This document shows positions 11,796 through 22,386 of a stretch of DNA of 32,210 bases, piece by piece. Location: the NCBI RefSeq assembly GCF_006345805.1, contig NW_021829612.1:1-32210 (forward strand), in the 5' to 3' direction. The notes beneath the pieces are model-generated. The model did not search any database, was not told the DNA's origin, and was given only the letters and a program-made list of their open reading frames with translations. The translations under genes were made by a program, and so were the position numbers. How positions within the stretch are numbered: the first letter of the stretch is position 1; each line of letters opens with the position of its first letter. This stretch comes from Octopus sinensis (taxonomy: Eukaryota).

Positions 11796-12454
11796 ATGTC
11801 TTCTTATGCTAATCGGTGTTCAACATAAATTGTAGACGAGTTGAGTTTTCTTTAAATCATTATTCCAACTGTACATTAATTCGAAAAGCAAAACAAAGGG
11901 TCGCATAAATCTAATTCGTACGGTCTTTGTGAATCTGATATTCATCACATGGAATGGAAAAAAGATCAAACACCACAGGAAGACCTGCACATTCCTGAAC
12001 CTCTTGTGCTCAAATACTTTTCAAAATGGCGAAAGCGGATCGGAAAATTTTCCTTATCTGTGGTTTCTAAACTTTTCCCTATAAAATTGCTAGCCTTGTG
12101 TCAAAATTCGAAGCCATTATTTGTAAATACGAGATAATTGGTTCTGAAGAGATTAACGCGCATTTGATCCAGTGGCAGAGTATTGTACTTATCACCAGCT
12201 CAGGTGCCTATGGTTTTGACCGGCGGAATGTTGAGTGAATTCCCTTCTGGTACTGTTCTGACTAGCAACAGATAATACAGGACAGCAGCTGTTTGACACG
12301 GTTAAGAAGTGGACCTCAATAAGCATACACTGTGAGTAGTGGGACAAATACAAGTATACAAGTATATGAAGTTTTGAATTTCCCATTATATCCACTCATC
12401 GGACAACCATTATAAATATGTATCTTTGTGTGTGTGTGAAGGAAGAAGGAGTTA

Positions 12455-12500
<46 letters not shown>

Positions 12501-13000
12501 ATGTGCTGCATATGCTTGTGTCTGTGTGTAATTTCTTAGCATATTATCATTATCATTATAATGTGTTTTTGATATCTGAGAAACTACACACACAAACATA
12601 CACACACATACAAGCTTACATGCGTACACGCATGCATATATTTAAGAAAGCTGTCCATTCGTTGAACGAGCATGGCCATCACCGACGATTAGATTAGACA
12701 ATATACTGTCTGCCATTACCCGTACGAAATACAAGTCGAGAAAAGTTTGCGCAAAACTACGGCTCTCCTTATGAAAATACAAGGAGCCCGGAGAAGAGCT
12801 GAAGAAGGCATTTGCTTCAGCATGCATCGGGGCTATATCTGAGAATAACTTTCTATGTGTGACATTCAATAACAAAAGTTAAGAGACGCCTCACTTGCAG
12901 TGGTCTTACAACATGGCAGGCGGTATCCTGGAATTTCAAAACTATCCTGCGCATTACACACACACGCTCACACACGTACGCACACACACACACACACACA

Positions 13001-13033
<33 letters not shown>

Positions 13034-13239
13034 CACACACACACACACAAGAAAGGACATGATAAAGGAATAACTGATTATCTTATGAACTTCATTAGCT
13101 TGCAGCTGTTTCCACTATAAGATGCAGTGGACTCATAGTTGAATGCCTGAGTAACACCTTACAGTTTCGTCAGAGCCTCGAACATGAAGTGCCTAAGCGT
13201 AATATAAGTGTGTGCGCGCGCGCGTGTGTGTGATTGTTC

Positions 13240-13885
13240 AGTTTTATCTCAAGATTTTTTGCCAATAGAGGAAGAGCCGGTTTCTAGCCAAGATTCAAGG
13301 CACCGTCATTGGAATTTCAACATCAACAACAGGATCTTTTTGTTTGTATGTCTCTTCTATTTGTTAATTATTATAAATCTTCCACTGAGGAGCGAGCCGG
13401 TTTCCAACAAAGATACCAGGCTCCATCTTTGGGATGTAGATAACACAGATAAATTCACATTTGGAACCTGAGAAAATTCTTGCATATTTTTACTGTTCCA
13501 CTCACAGATTGCACTTATAATGTACGAATTAGCCGGTCGATTTCTCTTTCTGAAAATCTCAGTTCATCCAGATTCTCCTTTAAGCATTTACTAACAAAAC
13601 TTAGTTCTCCAATTGTTATTGGTATGAATATGAATTCATAGTCTAGATATAGAAGCTGAATGTTTCGAAGCAGTTGTCCATAGATATCTTCTTTTTCTTT
13701 GATTTTCAAAGAGATATATATATCTGCAGAGCAGCTGACCTCTCTGATGGTACATATCTTTGCCCCTCTGTCCCAAACAACAATATCCAGCCTGTTATGT
13801 TTAAATTTGACAAAAATTTTGATGGGAATATTCCACCAGTATTCCTTAAGTTAGCGTTTATGAATGTATTCCATAATAGAGGGAC
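13240..13885 (-). pseudogene. 3' fragment of an RLE non-LTR retrotransposon (R4/Dong-like) with 3' UTR
   Basis: One minus frame reads EYWWNIPIK..KHNRLDIVVWDRGAKICTIREVSCSAD..LKIKEKEDIYGQL..FIPITIGEL..*VQSVSGTVKICKNFLRF, a decayed PD-(D/E)xK RLE with internal stops; terminal TGA at 13457-13455. Confidence 0.8.
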
Positions 13886-15256
13886 TATGTATGTATGTAT
13901 GTATGTATGTATGTATGTATGTATGTATGTATGTATGTATGTATGTATGCATGTATGTATGTATGTATGTATGTATGTATGTATGTATGTATGTATGTAT
14001 GTATTACGTATGTATGTGGCACGGGTTGGCCTAGAAATGTTGGAATAGCGTCTGGAAGTGAGGCATTTCTTAACTTTCGTTATAGAATCTCTCAGTGAGA
14101 AAGTTACTCGCGCACACACTTACACACACATATCAATCTCATTCTTTCTCTCTATCTGTCTCTATCTATATTATATATAAAAATGTGTGTGTGTGTGTGT
14201 ACGAACACTTTAAACATATGTGCATATGTGGATGCGTATAATTTCTGGGTTGACTTTTCTATCTATGATAAAAGCACCATTGTAAGAGTTTTGATTTAAG
14301 CAATCCCAAGATATTTGTGACATTCTAGAAACAAGGAGAATAGATATTCCCTTGACAGATTTTTTGCATAGCTGACTTGTTATTTCTCCATGTTCTAATT
14401 TTAGACAAATAACGTTTTAGTTGGCCAGATTCCACCGTGGCCTTTAAAGTTGTGTTAACCGATTTGAAATTTTTGTCTTACGTTTCCTGTCATGATTTTT
14501 TTTTTTGTTTAGCAAGTTCACTGTCTTTGATATATTCTATATGAAAGCAGGATTAAGACCATTATTTATATTCGAATCGTGGATAAGAATATTACGAAAT
14601 TAACTGACTCTATAGCGTTCATATCCACTCATTAGCGCCACGTTCTGTACATATTCTCATACGGTCAAGCAACGCTTCGTTTTTGCCCAGCCACTTGGCT
14701 GCATGAACACAAACAAACCAACACTGATTATCAAGCCTGAATGAGGCTTGTTTCGCTTTAATTGGGAGTTTGTCAATGTCGCAACCGTTTGTCACTTGCT
14801 AAGACGAAATTCGCGCTTCGATATATAGGCAACATTGAATCAGGCAAACTTTCCTATTAATTTCATAGAACTTTTGTCTTGCAGTGTATGGGCCTGTGAC
14901 CAGTAGAACAAAGCTCTGCAAATGGCCAGAGTCCGTTCGACTTGTTAGAAACAGTAGCCATATGGCGCAACAGTATGCGATTCTATTGGGCGGATCAACA
15001 ACAGTCCCCATGTTAGAAAAAATGGAGTGGCCATCGTTGGCACTCTTTTGATCTGAGATCTTCTCGATGGAGATTTCCCACTAAGATTTCAGTTTTAGAT
15101 ATTAAAATGTATATATTAGGCGCGAGCATTACTGTGTGGTAAGAAGCTTGCTTCCGGTTACCTAGGATTGATTTGGTTTGTTGGTTTTGAGCGAGACGGA
15201 CGTGTTTTTTGGCTGTGCGACGTTTTCCCTCTTGTTTAATGGAGGGGTATTGTGTG

Positions 15257-16615
15257 ATGAGTTATGAGGATTTAAATTCTTCTTCTTCTTCAGAATTTGT
15301 GTCGCCTGAGGAAGAAATGGTGAAATTTTTTAACAAGATTGACGCAGTTACAGAAACAAGGAATTACGCTGGAAGAGCTGAACAAGTTCGAGGAAATACC
15401 TAAAAGGGAGGGGAATAACGTGAAAGTGATCCCCCTACAAAGAAGTGTTAAAGGATAAGGAAGAGAGAACTATTGTTTACAGGACATGCTCGGTGGCAAC
15501 AAGAAAAATAGAAATGGTGTCGGAAGAGCAAGTTGAAAAAGCGTTGAGGCCAGTCTGGCCACAGATATCCTACCTTGCCAGGGGAAGAAAGTACGGAACA
15601 GTGGAAGTGGAGTTTCGGGAGATAGCTACCGCCAAATTTCACTCAGCCACACCATTAAAAACTGAAGAAGTGGTGCTTTTACCTGTATACCTTGGGAGAC
15701 GTGCTTCCAGGGTTAGGGTAGAAAACATACCCCCAGAAGTAAATGTAGTCTGGCTGGTGGCTGCCATACTGATAGGCATGGAAGAAAAGGTGGTGGTCCT
15801 GCAGGCCACCAGAATACTCTACAGAAACTAGCAAGGGCGGAGCCTGGACATGTGGTACAGATTAACCCAGAAGATATTGAATATATGGTAGAAACAATCA
15901 CGATCACAGACGTGATGCTGAATGTCAGAGTGGAAAGGAAGATTCCACGGTGCTCTAAATGTGGCCTGAAAGGCCACATTAGAGCGGATTGTACTCCGCC
16001 CCCTGCGAAGACTAAAGAAGGGTAAGAGAATGAGAAAGTGTTTGGTGTTCCACTGCCCATGGAGGCTGAGGAAAAGCACGTAAAGGAGAGTGAAGCGGCA
16101 CCACAGACGAAGACCAGTACCAGCGTCGAAGCTGGGAAACGGCGGGAAAAAGAGAAGGAAGGGGAGAAAGAGGACACACGTGGCAAAAGACAATCCTCAT
16201 ACACGGGGCAAAGGGCACCCACCCACACTTACTCTACCCCAACCACCCCTACAGATACCAACCTTCCCCATACCCCGCCTGACATAAACACAAGCACAAA
16301 CACACAGGAGCCCCAAATTTCCCCATGGATAAATTTGTTATATTATATAACAGGAATAAAGAAGAACTTTGCAACGAGATAAAGACATGGGAAAAAGCAA
16401 TAGAAGTGAACATAAGAAGGGTAGGAGGGTTTCCCGAGGACATTTTCTGTGCAGTGGCGGACCCGGAGTACCTCTCAAGGTTGATAAATTACGAAGAAAC
16501 TGATTTCGATTGGTAGGTTACGAAAATGGACACCAGCAAAATACCTAAAAGGGTAAGCTATGCTTATATTTTTAAAGATCTTAACGTAGACATTTTCCAA
16601 AAAAGTGGAAACTAG
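15257..16615 (+). pseudogene. Gag-like ORF1 protein (RRM-like region, CCHC knuckle, charged linker, unknown C-terminal domain) with frameshifts and stops
   Basis: KEERTIVYRTC..GRKYGTVEVEF..RASRVRVENIPPEV; after a stop and frameshift, VRVERKIPRCSKCGLKGHIRADC (CX2CX4HX4C at 15951-15992). Confidence 0.8.
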
Positions 16616-16644
16616 CTGTCACAAAGACATTATCAATTGTAATT

Positions 16645-16711
16645 TAACTCTTTTTGCTCTCTTTTACTTGTTTCAGTCTTGTGACTGTGGCCATGCTGGA
16701 ACACCGCCTTA
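16645..16711 (-). mobile_element. SINE family A 3' fragment nested in the 3' UTR of the ORF1-only element
   Basis: cttttacttgtttcagtcttgtgactgtggccatgctggaacaccgcctt is the reverse complement of the family A 3' end. Confidence 0.75.
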
Positions 16712-17809
16712 TGTTTAAAAAAAAAACGGTTGTATTTACAGTTCAATGAAGTCGCTGGGAGGTGGGGCCGAATGGCTTCATTTCATTTTTCATTGTATAG
16801 TTTCATTCATTTCATTAGGTTTTTTTTTGTCCCCACCTTGTGCTGTCCCCTCTATGTAAAGCTTTTATGGCCAATTTCCATGAAATAAAGAAGCTTGCTT
16901 CTCAACCACATGGTTTCGGGTTCAGTTTCAATGTATGGCTCCTTGGGCAAGTGTTGTGCTATATCCTAGGGACAACCAAAGCATTGTGTGTAGGTATGGT
17001 AGGCGAAAGCTGGAAGAAGGCTGTCATACACACACACACACAAATACATACACACACACAAACACATACACATACATATTTATGTATGAATGTATATATA
17101 TATACATTTGCATATATATATATATATATGTATATGTGTGAGGGTGATTATAGTTTTGTCTTTCCCCCACTGCTTGACTACTAGTTTTGGTTCGTCTACG
17201 TCCCCGTAACTTAGCGGTTCAGCAAAAAGTAACTGACAAAAAAGTAAGGATTATAACAACAAAAAAAAGTACTGGTGCCAATTTGTTCAGTAAAACCCTT
17301 CAAGGTGGTGCCCCAAGATTATGTAACTGTTTGAAATTAATTAACAATGTATATATGATATATATTAATTTGTTATCAAAAAGAGAAATATAAAAGATTA
17401 ACTCGAAATCCAAGTTTAGATTAATTGATTTTGACATGAAATAGTTAGCTTATTAAGACAGAATAATATCCTGGACTATCAAACGTCATACAAAAATTAA
17501 CCAATCAAGATGGAGAAACGCAATCACTTCTTCAAACACACACATATACACACACGCGTGTGTGTGTTTGTAGAAGTGATTGCGTAAATAAGTATGTAAA
17601 TATGCAAAGGTTTTGTAAATGAATTCGTATACACGTCGAAATTTGTGTCTCTCTATATATATAATTAAACGCATTTCATCGCACACAAGCGTATACATTT
17701 CACACTTTTATATAATTGTAGACAATATACGTGATACATCAAGGGATGGGACAAGAGTGAGTACTCTACTAATCTGTGATACACGTGTGTGTTTGGCTGA
17801 AAAGAAAAT

Positions 17810-17953
17810 GTACGAAGGTTGCGTCCCAACCACATTGGCTCCGGGTTCAGTCACACTGTGTGGCACCTTGGGCAACTATCCTTTTTAACGGCCCTAGGGC
17901 AACCAAGGCTTAGTGAAAAGACTTGGTAAACGGAAACAGAAAGAAGCCCATCA

Positions 17954-17996
<43 letters not shown>

Positions 17997-18105
17997 TTGT
18001 ATTTGTCTTCCATCACAGCTTTACCACCTGTGTTGGTTTGTTTACGTTCTTATTTCTTTGCGGTTTTGCAAAAGACGAACGATAGAATAAGTACCAGGCT
18101 TACAT
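17810..18105 (+). mobile_element. SINE family A, decayed
   Basis: cccaaccacattggctccgggttcagtcacactgtgtggcaccttgggc...(TG)n...gatagaataagtaccaggct. Confidence 0.8.
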
Positions 18106-18111
18106 AATAAT

Positions 18112-18326
18112 AATCCTTTCTACAATAGGCACAAGGCCTGAAATTTTGGAAGAGAGGACTAGTCGATTACATCGACACCTGAGTTCAACTGGTACATATT
18201 TTATCGACCCGGAAAGGATGAACGGCAAAGTCGACCTCATAGGAATTTGAACTCAGAACATGAAGACATGCGAAATACCGCTAAACAATTTACCCGGCGT
18301 GCTAACAATTCTAGCAGCTCACGGCC

Positions 18327-18328
<2 letters not shown>
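18112..18328 (-). mobile_element. SINE family B
   Basis: ggcacaaggcctgaaatttt...gaaaggatgaacggcaaagtcgacctc...gaatttgaactcagaac...agctcacggcctt, abutting (AAT)n. Confidence 0.85.
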
Positions 18329-18364
<36 letters not shown>

Positions 18365-18383
18365 CTAATAATAATAATAATAA

Positions 18384-18850
18384 GTTTTGTCTTGGTATAA
18401 AAGATGGGCTACAGCAAATATTAAGCTCAATACCAAAGATTTGCTTGTCAGTTGTTTGACCTTAACCAGGTGAGCATGTCCCTTAGTGACTGACGATATG
18501 TGCATCTCTGACCATGAGCAGAAATAGTGGGGGAGCATCATAGCTGTGTGTTGAAAGGAATTCTTGGAGGTTTGGATAATTCACCGTTGGAAACATGGAC
18601 GGTTCGTTCAACATCCTTAAACAATCCTTATTCAGGGACCTTCTGAGCGGGATGAGTTACTCGACCAGAAGAAAATTCTAACTGGGCCCCACCTGCTAAG
18701 TCATGCGCTGTTTATCTTGGTATGAGATCACCATGTCGCGCACATATGGTTGTGATGCATGTACCTGGTGTACCCTTATCAGACGGGTATACTGGGCTTC
18801 GTATATTTTACCCCAGTGTCACTTTGATGGCATGCACTGCTCTCTCACTC
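18384..18850 (+). mobile_element. Non-coding 3' end of a retroelement with (AAT)n tail, embedded in TAA arrays
   Basis: Complex sequence bounded on both sides by (AAT)n; its terminal motif tgatggcatgcactgctctctcactc recurs at 19025 and 20181. Family assignment is inference. Confidence 0.55.
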
Positions 18851-18920
<70 letters not shown>

Positions 18921-19065
18921 GTATAATAATAATAATAATAATAGTAATAATGATAATAATAATAATGATATATAATAATAATATAATAATAATAATAATA
19001 ATAATAATATAATAATAATAATAATTTGATGGCATGAACTGCTCTCTCACTCAATAATAATAATA

Positions 19066-20121
19066 CAAACAAGAATCATACTATACCATAACCTAACAAG
19101 AAGAAGAAGAAGAAGAAGAAGAAGAAGAAGAAGAAGAAGAAGAAGAAGAAGAAGAAGAAGAAGAAGAAGAAGAAGAAAAGAAGATGAAGAAACCACAAAA
19201 GCTATAAAACAAATGAACCCAAACTAAAACTAGAACAGCAAAGAACCATGATAAAACGATGACAAGAAAAGCCCCTTCATGGTAAATACTGGACTAAACT
19301 AAACGCAAAAGAAATAGACAAAGAAATCCCAGCAATGGTTGAGAAGCTCAGGACTCAAAGCAAAAACAGAGGGATTTTTAATTGCAGCACAAGACCAAAG
19401 CCTCCCCACCAGAAATTACCAAAAACATGTAATGAAAAGAAATATTACAAGTAACTGCAGAATATGTGGAGATGGACAAGAAACAATAAATCATATTATC
19501 TCTAGCTGCCCGGTCCTGGCTAAGAAGGAATATATTCACAGACATGACAGAGTTGGAACCTACATACATTGGAAGCTATGCCAACACTATGGAATAACAA
19601 CAGAAAAAAGATGGTATAAGGCACACACCAGAAAGGTCACAGAAAACGAGAAAGCAACCATACTCTGGGATATGCCGATACACACAGATAGAGAAATTAA
19701 GGCCAACAGACCAGATATAGTTGTCAGAGATCATGAAGAAAAAAAATGCTTTCTAATTGATGTATCAATACCAGCAGATGACAGCGTGTCTCTAAAAGAA
19801 ACGGAGAAACTTTCAAAATACAAAGACCTGGAAATAGAGATAACCAGAATGTGGAATCTAAAAACAGAAACAATTCCTATCATAATAGGTGCATTAGGCA
19901 TGATAAAAAATATTCAGACAAATACATTAACAAAAACACCAGGACTTACAAACACATATAACATACAGAAAATTGCACTACTAGGCACTGCACACATCCT
20001 ACGCAAAACACTTTCCATACAATAACCATCAGAGCATCGCAACAAATCACAGCACATACCTAAGGCACACAGAGCTGCGCTCGGTAGTGAAGTGAAAGCA
20101 CGCTATAAAAATAAAACTACG

Positions 20122-20180
<59 letters not shown>
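19066..20180 (+). mobile_element. 5'-truncated R4/Dong-clade non-LTR retrotransposon with (AAT)n tail
   Basis: Coding remnant from about 19066 (KR*QEKPLHGKYW..SQQWLRSSGLK, frameshifted), open C-terminal frame to 20025, 3' UTR of about 100 bp, (AAT)n at 20123-20180. Confidence 0.92.
19339..20025 (+). CDS. C-terminal part of an R4/Dong-type ORF: CCHC zinc knuckle plus restriction-like endonuclease (partial; no true start)
   Basis: 228 aa: TEGFLIAAQDQSL, CRICGDGQETINHIISSC, RHD, LWD, NRPDIVV..CFLIDVSIP..EKLSKYKDL, PIIIGALG, QKIALLGTAHILRKTL. Confidence 0.9.
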   Translation: MRSSGLKAKTEGFLIAAQDQSLPTRNYQKHVMKRNITSNCRICGDGQETINHIISSCPVLAKKEYIHRHDRVGTYIHWKLCQHYGITTEKRWYKAHTRKVTENEKATILWDMPIHTDREIKANRPDIVVRDHEEKKCFLIDVSIPADDSVSLKETEKLSKYKDLEIEITRMWNLKTETIPIIIGALGMIKNIQTNTLTKTPGLTNTYNIQKIALLGTAHILRKTLSIQ

Positions 20181-20183
<3 letters not shown>

Positions 20184-20204
20184 GCATGAACTGCTCTCTC
20201 ACTC

Positions 20205-20244
<40 letters not shown>

Positions 20245-20282
20245 GTAATAGTAATAATAATAACAACATCAATAATAATAAT

Positions 20283-20590
20283 GGTTTCAGATTTTGGCAC
20301 AAGGCTACCAATTTCAGGGAAAAGGGTTAAGTCGATTACATCGACCCCAGTGTTTAACGGTACATATTTTATCGACCTCGAAAGGATAAACGGTAAAGTC
20401 AACCTCGGCGGAAATTTAACTCAGAACATGAAGACGGGCGAAATGCTACTAAACATTTTGTCTGGCGTGCTAAAGATTCAGCCAGCTTGCCACCTTAATA
20501 ATAATTTTAAATTTTGGCACAAGGCCGGCAAGCTCTGAGGAAGGTGTAAGTCGAATACATCGACACCAGTCTGCCAGCTCTCCACCTTAA
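20283..20590 (-). mobile_element. SINE family B (20283-20496) plus an internally deleted second copy (about 20507-20590)
   Basis: ggtttcagattttggcacaagg...cctcggcggaaatttaactcagaac...cagcttgccacctt; both copies flanked by AAT repeats. Confidence 0.82.
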
Positions 20591-20615
20591 CAGCGACAAC
20601 AATAATAATAATAAT

Positions 20616-21180
20616 GAGGATTCGAAGCTGGAAACACATGGGAGAATCATCGAGTCGAAAGAGTACTGAAGTCGGAAAAATGTAAGATTTTATGGGACTT
20701 TCCCATTTAAACGGATAAGAAATTAGAAAATAATAGACCAGACAACGATTGTAGATAAAGAAAAGCGAAGCTGCTTATTTATCGACATATCATGCCCGTT
20801 TGATACCAGGATCGTAAAGAAAGAGGACGCAAAACGAAAGATAGGAAAAAAAAAAAATACAATCCCTTAAAATGTGAAATAGGAAGAATTTGGAGCATGT
20901 GAACAGTAAAAGTCGTGTCTATATTAATTGGTGCATTGGGAATGCTAAGCCAAGATATAGAGAAATGGCTGAAGGAGATTGAAATAGAATACCCTGCAGA
21001 GCTCCTACAGAAAGATTGTCTCTTAGGGACAGCAGGATTATCAAGAGTTCTAAGCACTTGAAAGACAGCTGAAAACATGTGGACACCTATGGTTACAGGT
21101 AGTAACCCGCTATCCAGTAAATCCTACCAGGAATAAGACCGAACCTGAACCAAACCAAAGTTAACAACAGCAAAAACAAG
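20616..21180 (+). pseudogene. Second, older R4/Dong-like RLE fragment from a different family
   Basis: KCKILWDFPI*TDKKLENNRPD, frameshift, IVDKEKRSCLFIDISCPFD..KYNPLKCEIGRIW..ILIGALGML..ELLQKDCLLGTAG; starts immediately after (AAT)n. Confidence 0.85.
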
Positions 21181-22020
21181 CTCTGGGGACAATTTTTTTG
21201 ACTAAACCCGAGCAGGTAGTGCTCTAGCATGGCCGCAGCCACTGTCTAATGATTGAATCGAGGAAATGATAAATGAAAATTCTTTTCAATACAGAATCTG
21301 AAAGAAAATTCATTGACAATATGGACTTATTCAACTGTTTGCAACAGATAAGGCAGTTTGGATTGGTAGCAATTCCTAGAAACCATGTGTTGGTGTTGGT
21401 AGTGGTTTTATTGCATGGGTCACACAAGGTTATAGAACCTGTGATAAGTATAAAATTACAATGAATGACATTAATTGAATCAGCTCGCCTACACTGTTGT
21501 CAAGGAGTGTTCTAAGTTCTTTATCATTTCTTCCTTTTCTGATTTTTTTTCTTCGTTTCTTTTTAAGGAGTGAAACTTTTGCAATCCCGTGGATGGGCGT
21601 CGGGAGTTTTGGGCGAGACAAGATTACAATTGATTGAAAAGGATTGGAGAGAAATGAGACGGGTACAAGCGTACCTTGATGCGCGTGTAACAAACACACA
21701 TAGCACGTATATGTGTGTGTATGTGTGTGGGTGTGTGTGCGTGGCTATTGCATTAAAACATCAACTTCTTGCATGGAAGGGATACATAGAAGGGAAACTA
21801 GTCACCAACTGATATATACATACATACATATACATACATACATATACATACATACATACATACATACATGCATATATATTGATTTGATTTCCAGTTTCAG
21901 CTAATGAGCTGTGGCCATGCTGGGGCACCGCCATTTGTATATATATGTATATATATATATGTGTGTGTGTCTGTGTGTGTGTGTTGATAAGTGGCATATA
22001 TATATATGTATATATATATA

Positions 22021-22220
22021 GTTAATCCAAACAAGAAAGCACAAAAAAACACAACAACGTGAGGACGTGGAACAAATATAGTATTATTGGACGCTCAGGA
22101 AAGAAGGGAAGAAGGAGGGTTTAACGTTTCGAGCGGAGCTCTTCGTCGGAAACACAGGAGAAGGAAAGATCCAGAGAAGGGAAGACAGAGGAAAAAAATC
22201 GCCAACGGTACACACGAGGT
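22021..22220 (-). mobile_element. Short (TA)n-flanked element F carrying a hammerhead-like motif (22119-22153)
   Basis: Minus strand: gttt-CCGACGA-A-GAGC(tcc)GCTC-GAA-ACGT-T-aaac. Confidence 0.7.
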
Positions 22221-22386
22221 CATATTAATATTTTCCAGAAGTAATAGAGTAACTCATGGTCCGAGAGTTTCGTGCAATGGCACTTGTCAACATACCTAAA
22301 TATATATATATTCTTTCACTCTATTATTCTCTTATTTGTTTCAGTCATTTGACTACAGCCATGCTGGAGTACCGCCTTTAGTCGAA

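Larger units (their letters stand above)
15155..16887 (+). mobile_element. Complete ORF1-only (half-LINE / HAL1-like) L1/Tx1-type retroelement with 14-bp TSD
   Basis: TSD aagaagcttgcttc at 15141-15154 and 16888-16901. 5' UTR about 100 bp, disrupted ORF1, T-rich 3' UTR ending in an aataaa that runs into the TSD. No room for, or trace of, APE/RT. Confidence 0.8.
15117..17340 (+). mobile_element. SINE family A copy split by an insertion (15117-15154 and 16888-17340)
   Basis: The head breaks at gtgtggtaagaagcttgcttc and resumes at aagaagcttgcttctcaaccacatggtttcgggttcag, continuing through body and 3' end. Confidence 0.88.

Noticed and set aside
14872-15050. Candidate exon after cttttgtcttgcag with an open frame of about 55 codons
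   Set aside because: No recognisable protein, it overlaps a dispersed repeat motif, and no partner exons were found.
18330-20280. CRISPR-like repeat-spacer array (three copies of a 24-28-bp motif)
   Set aside because: Eukaryotic context, irregular spacing, microsatellite spacers and no cas genes; explained by retroelement ends and duplication.
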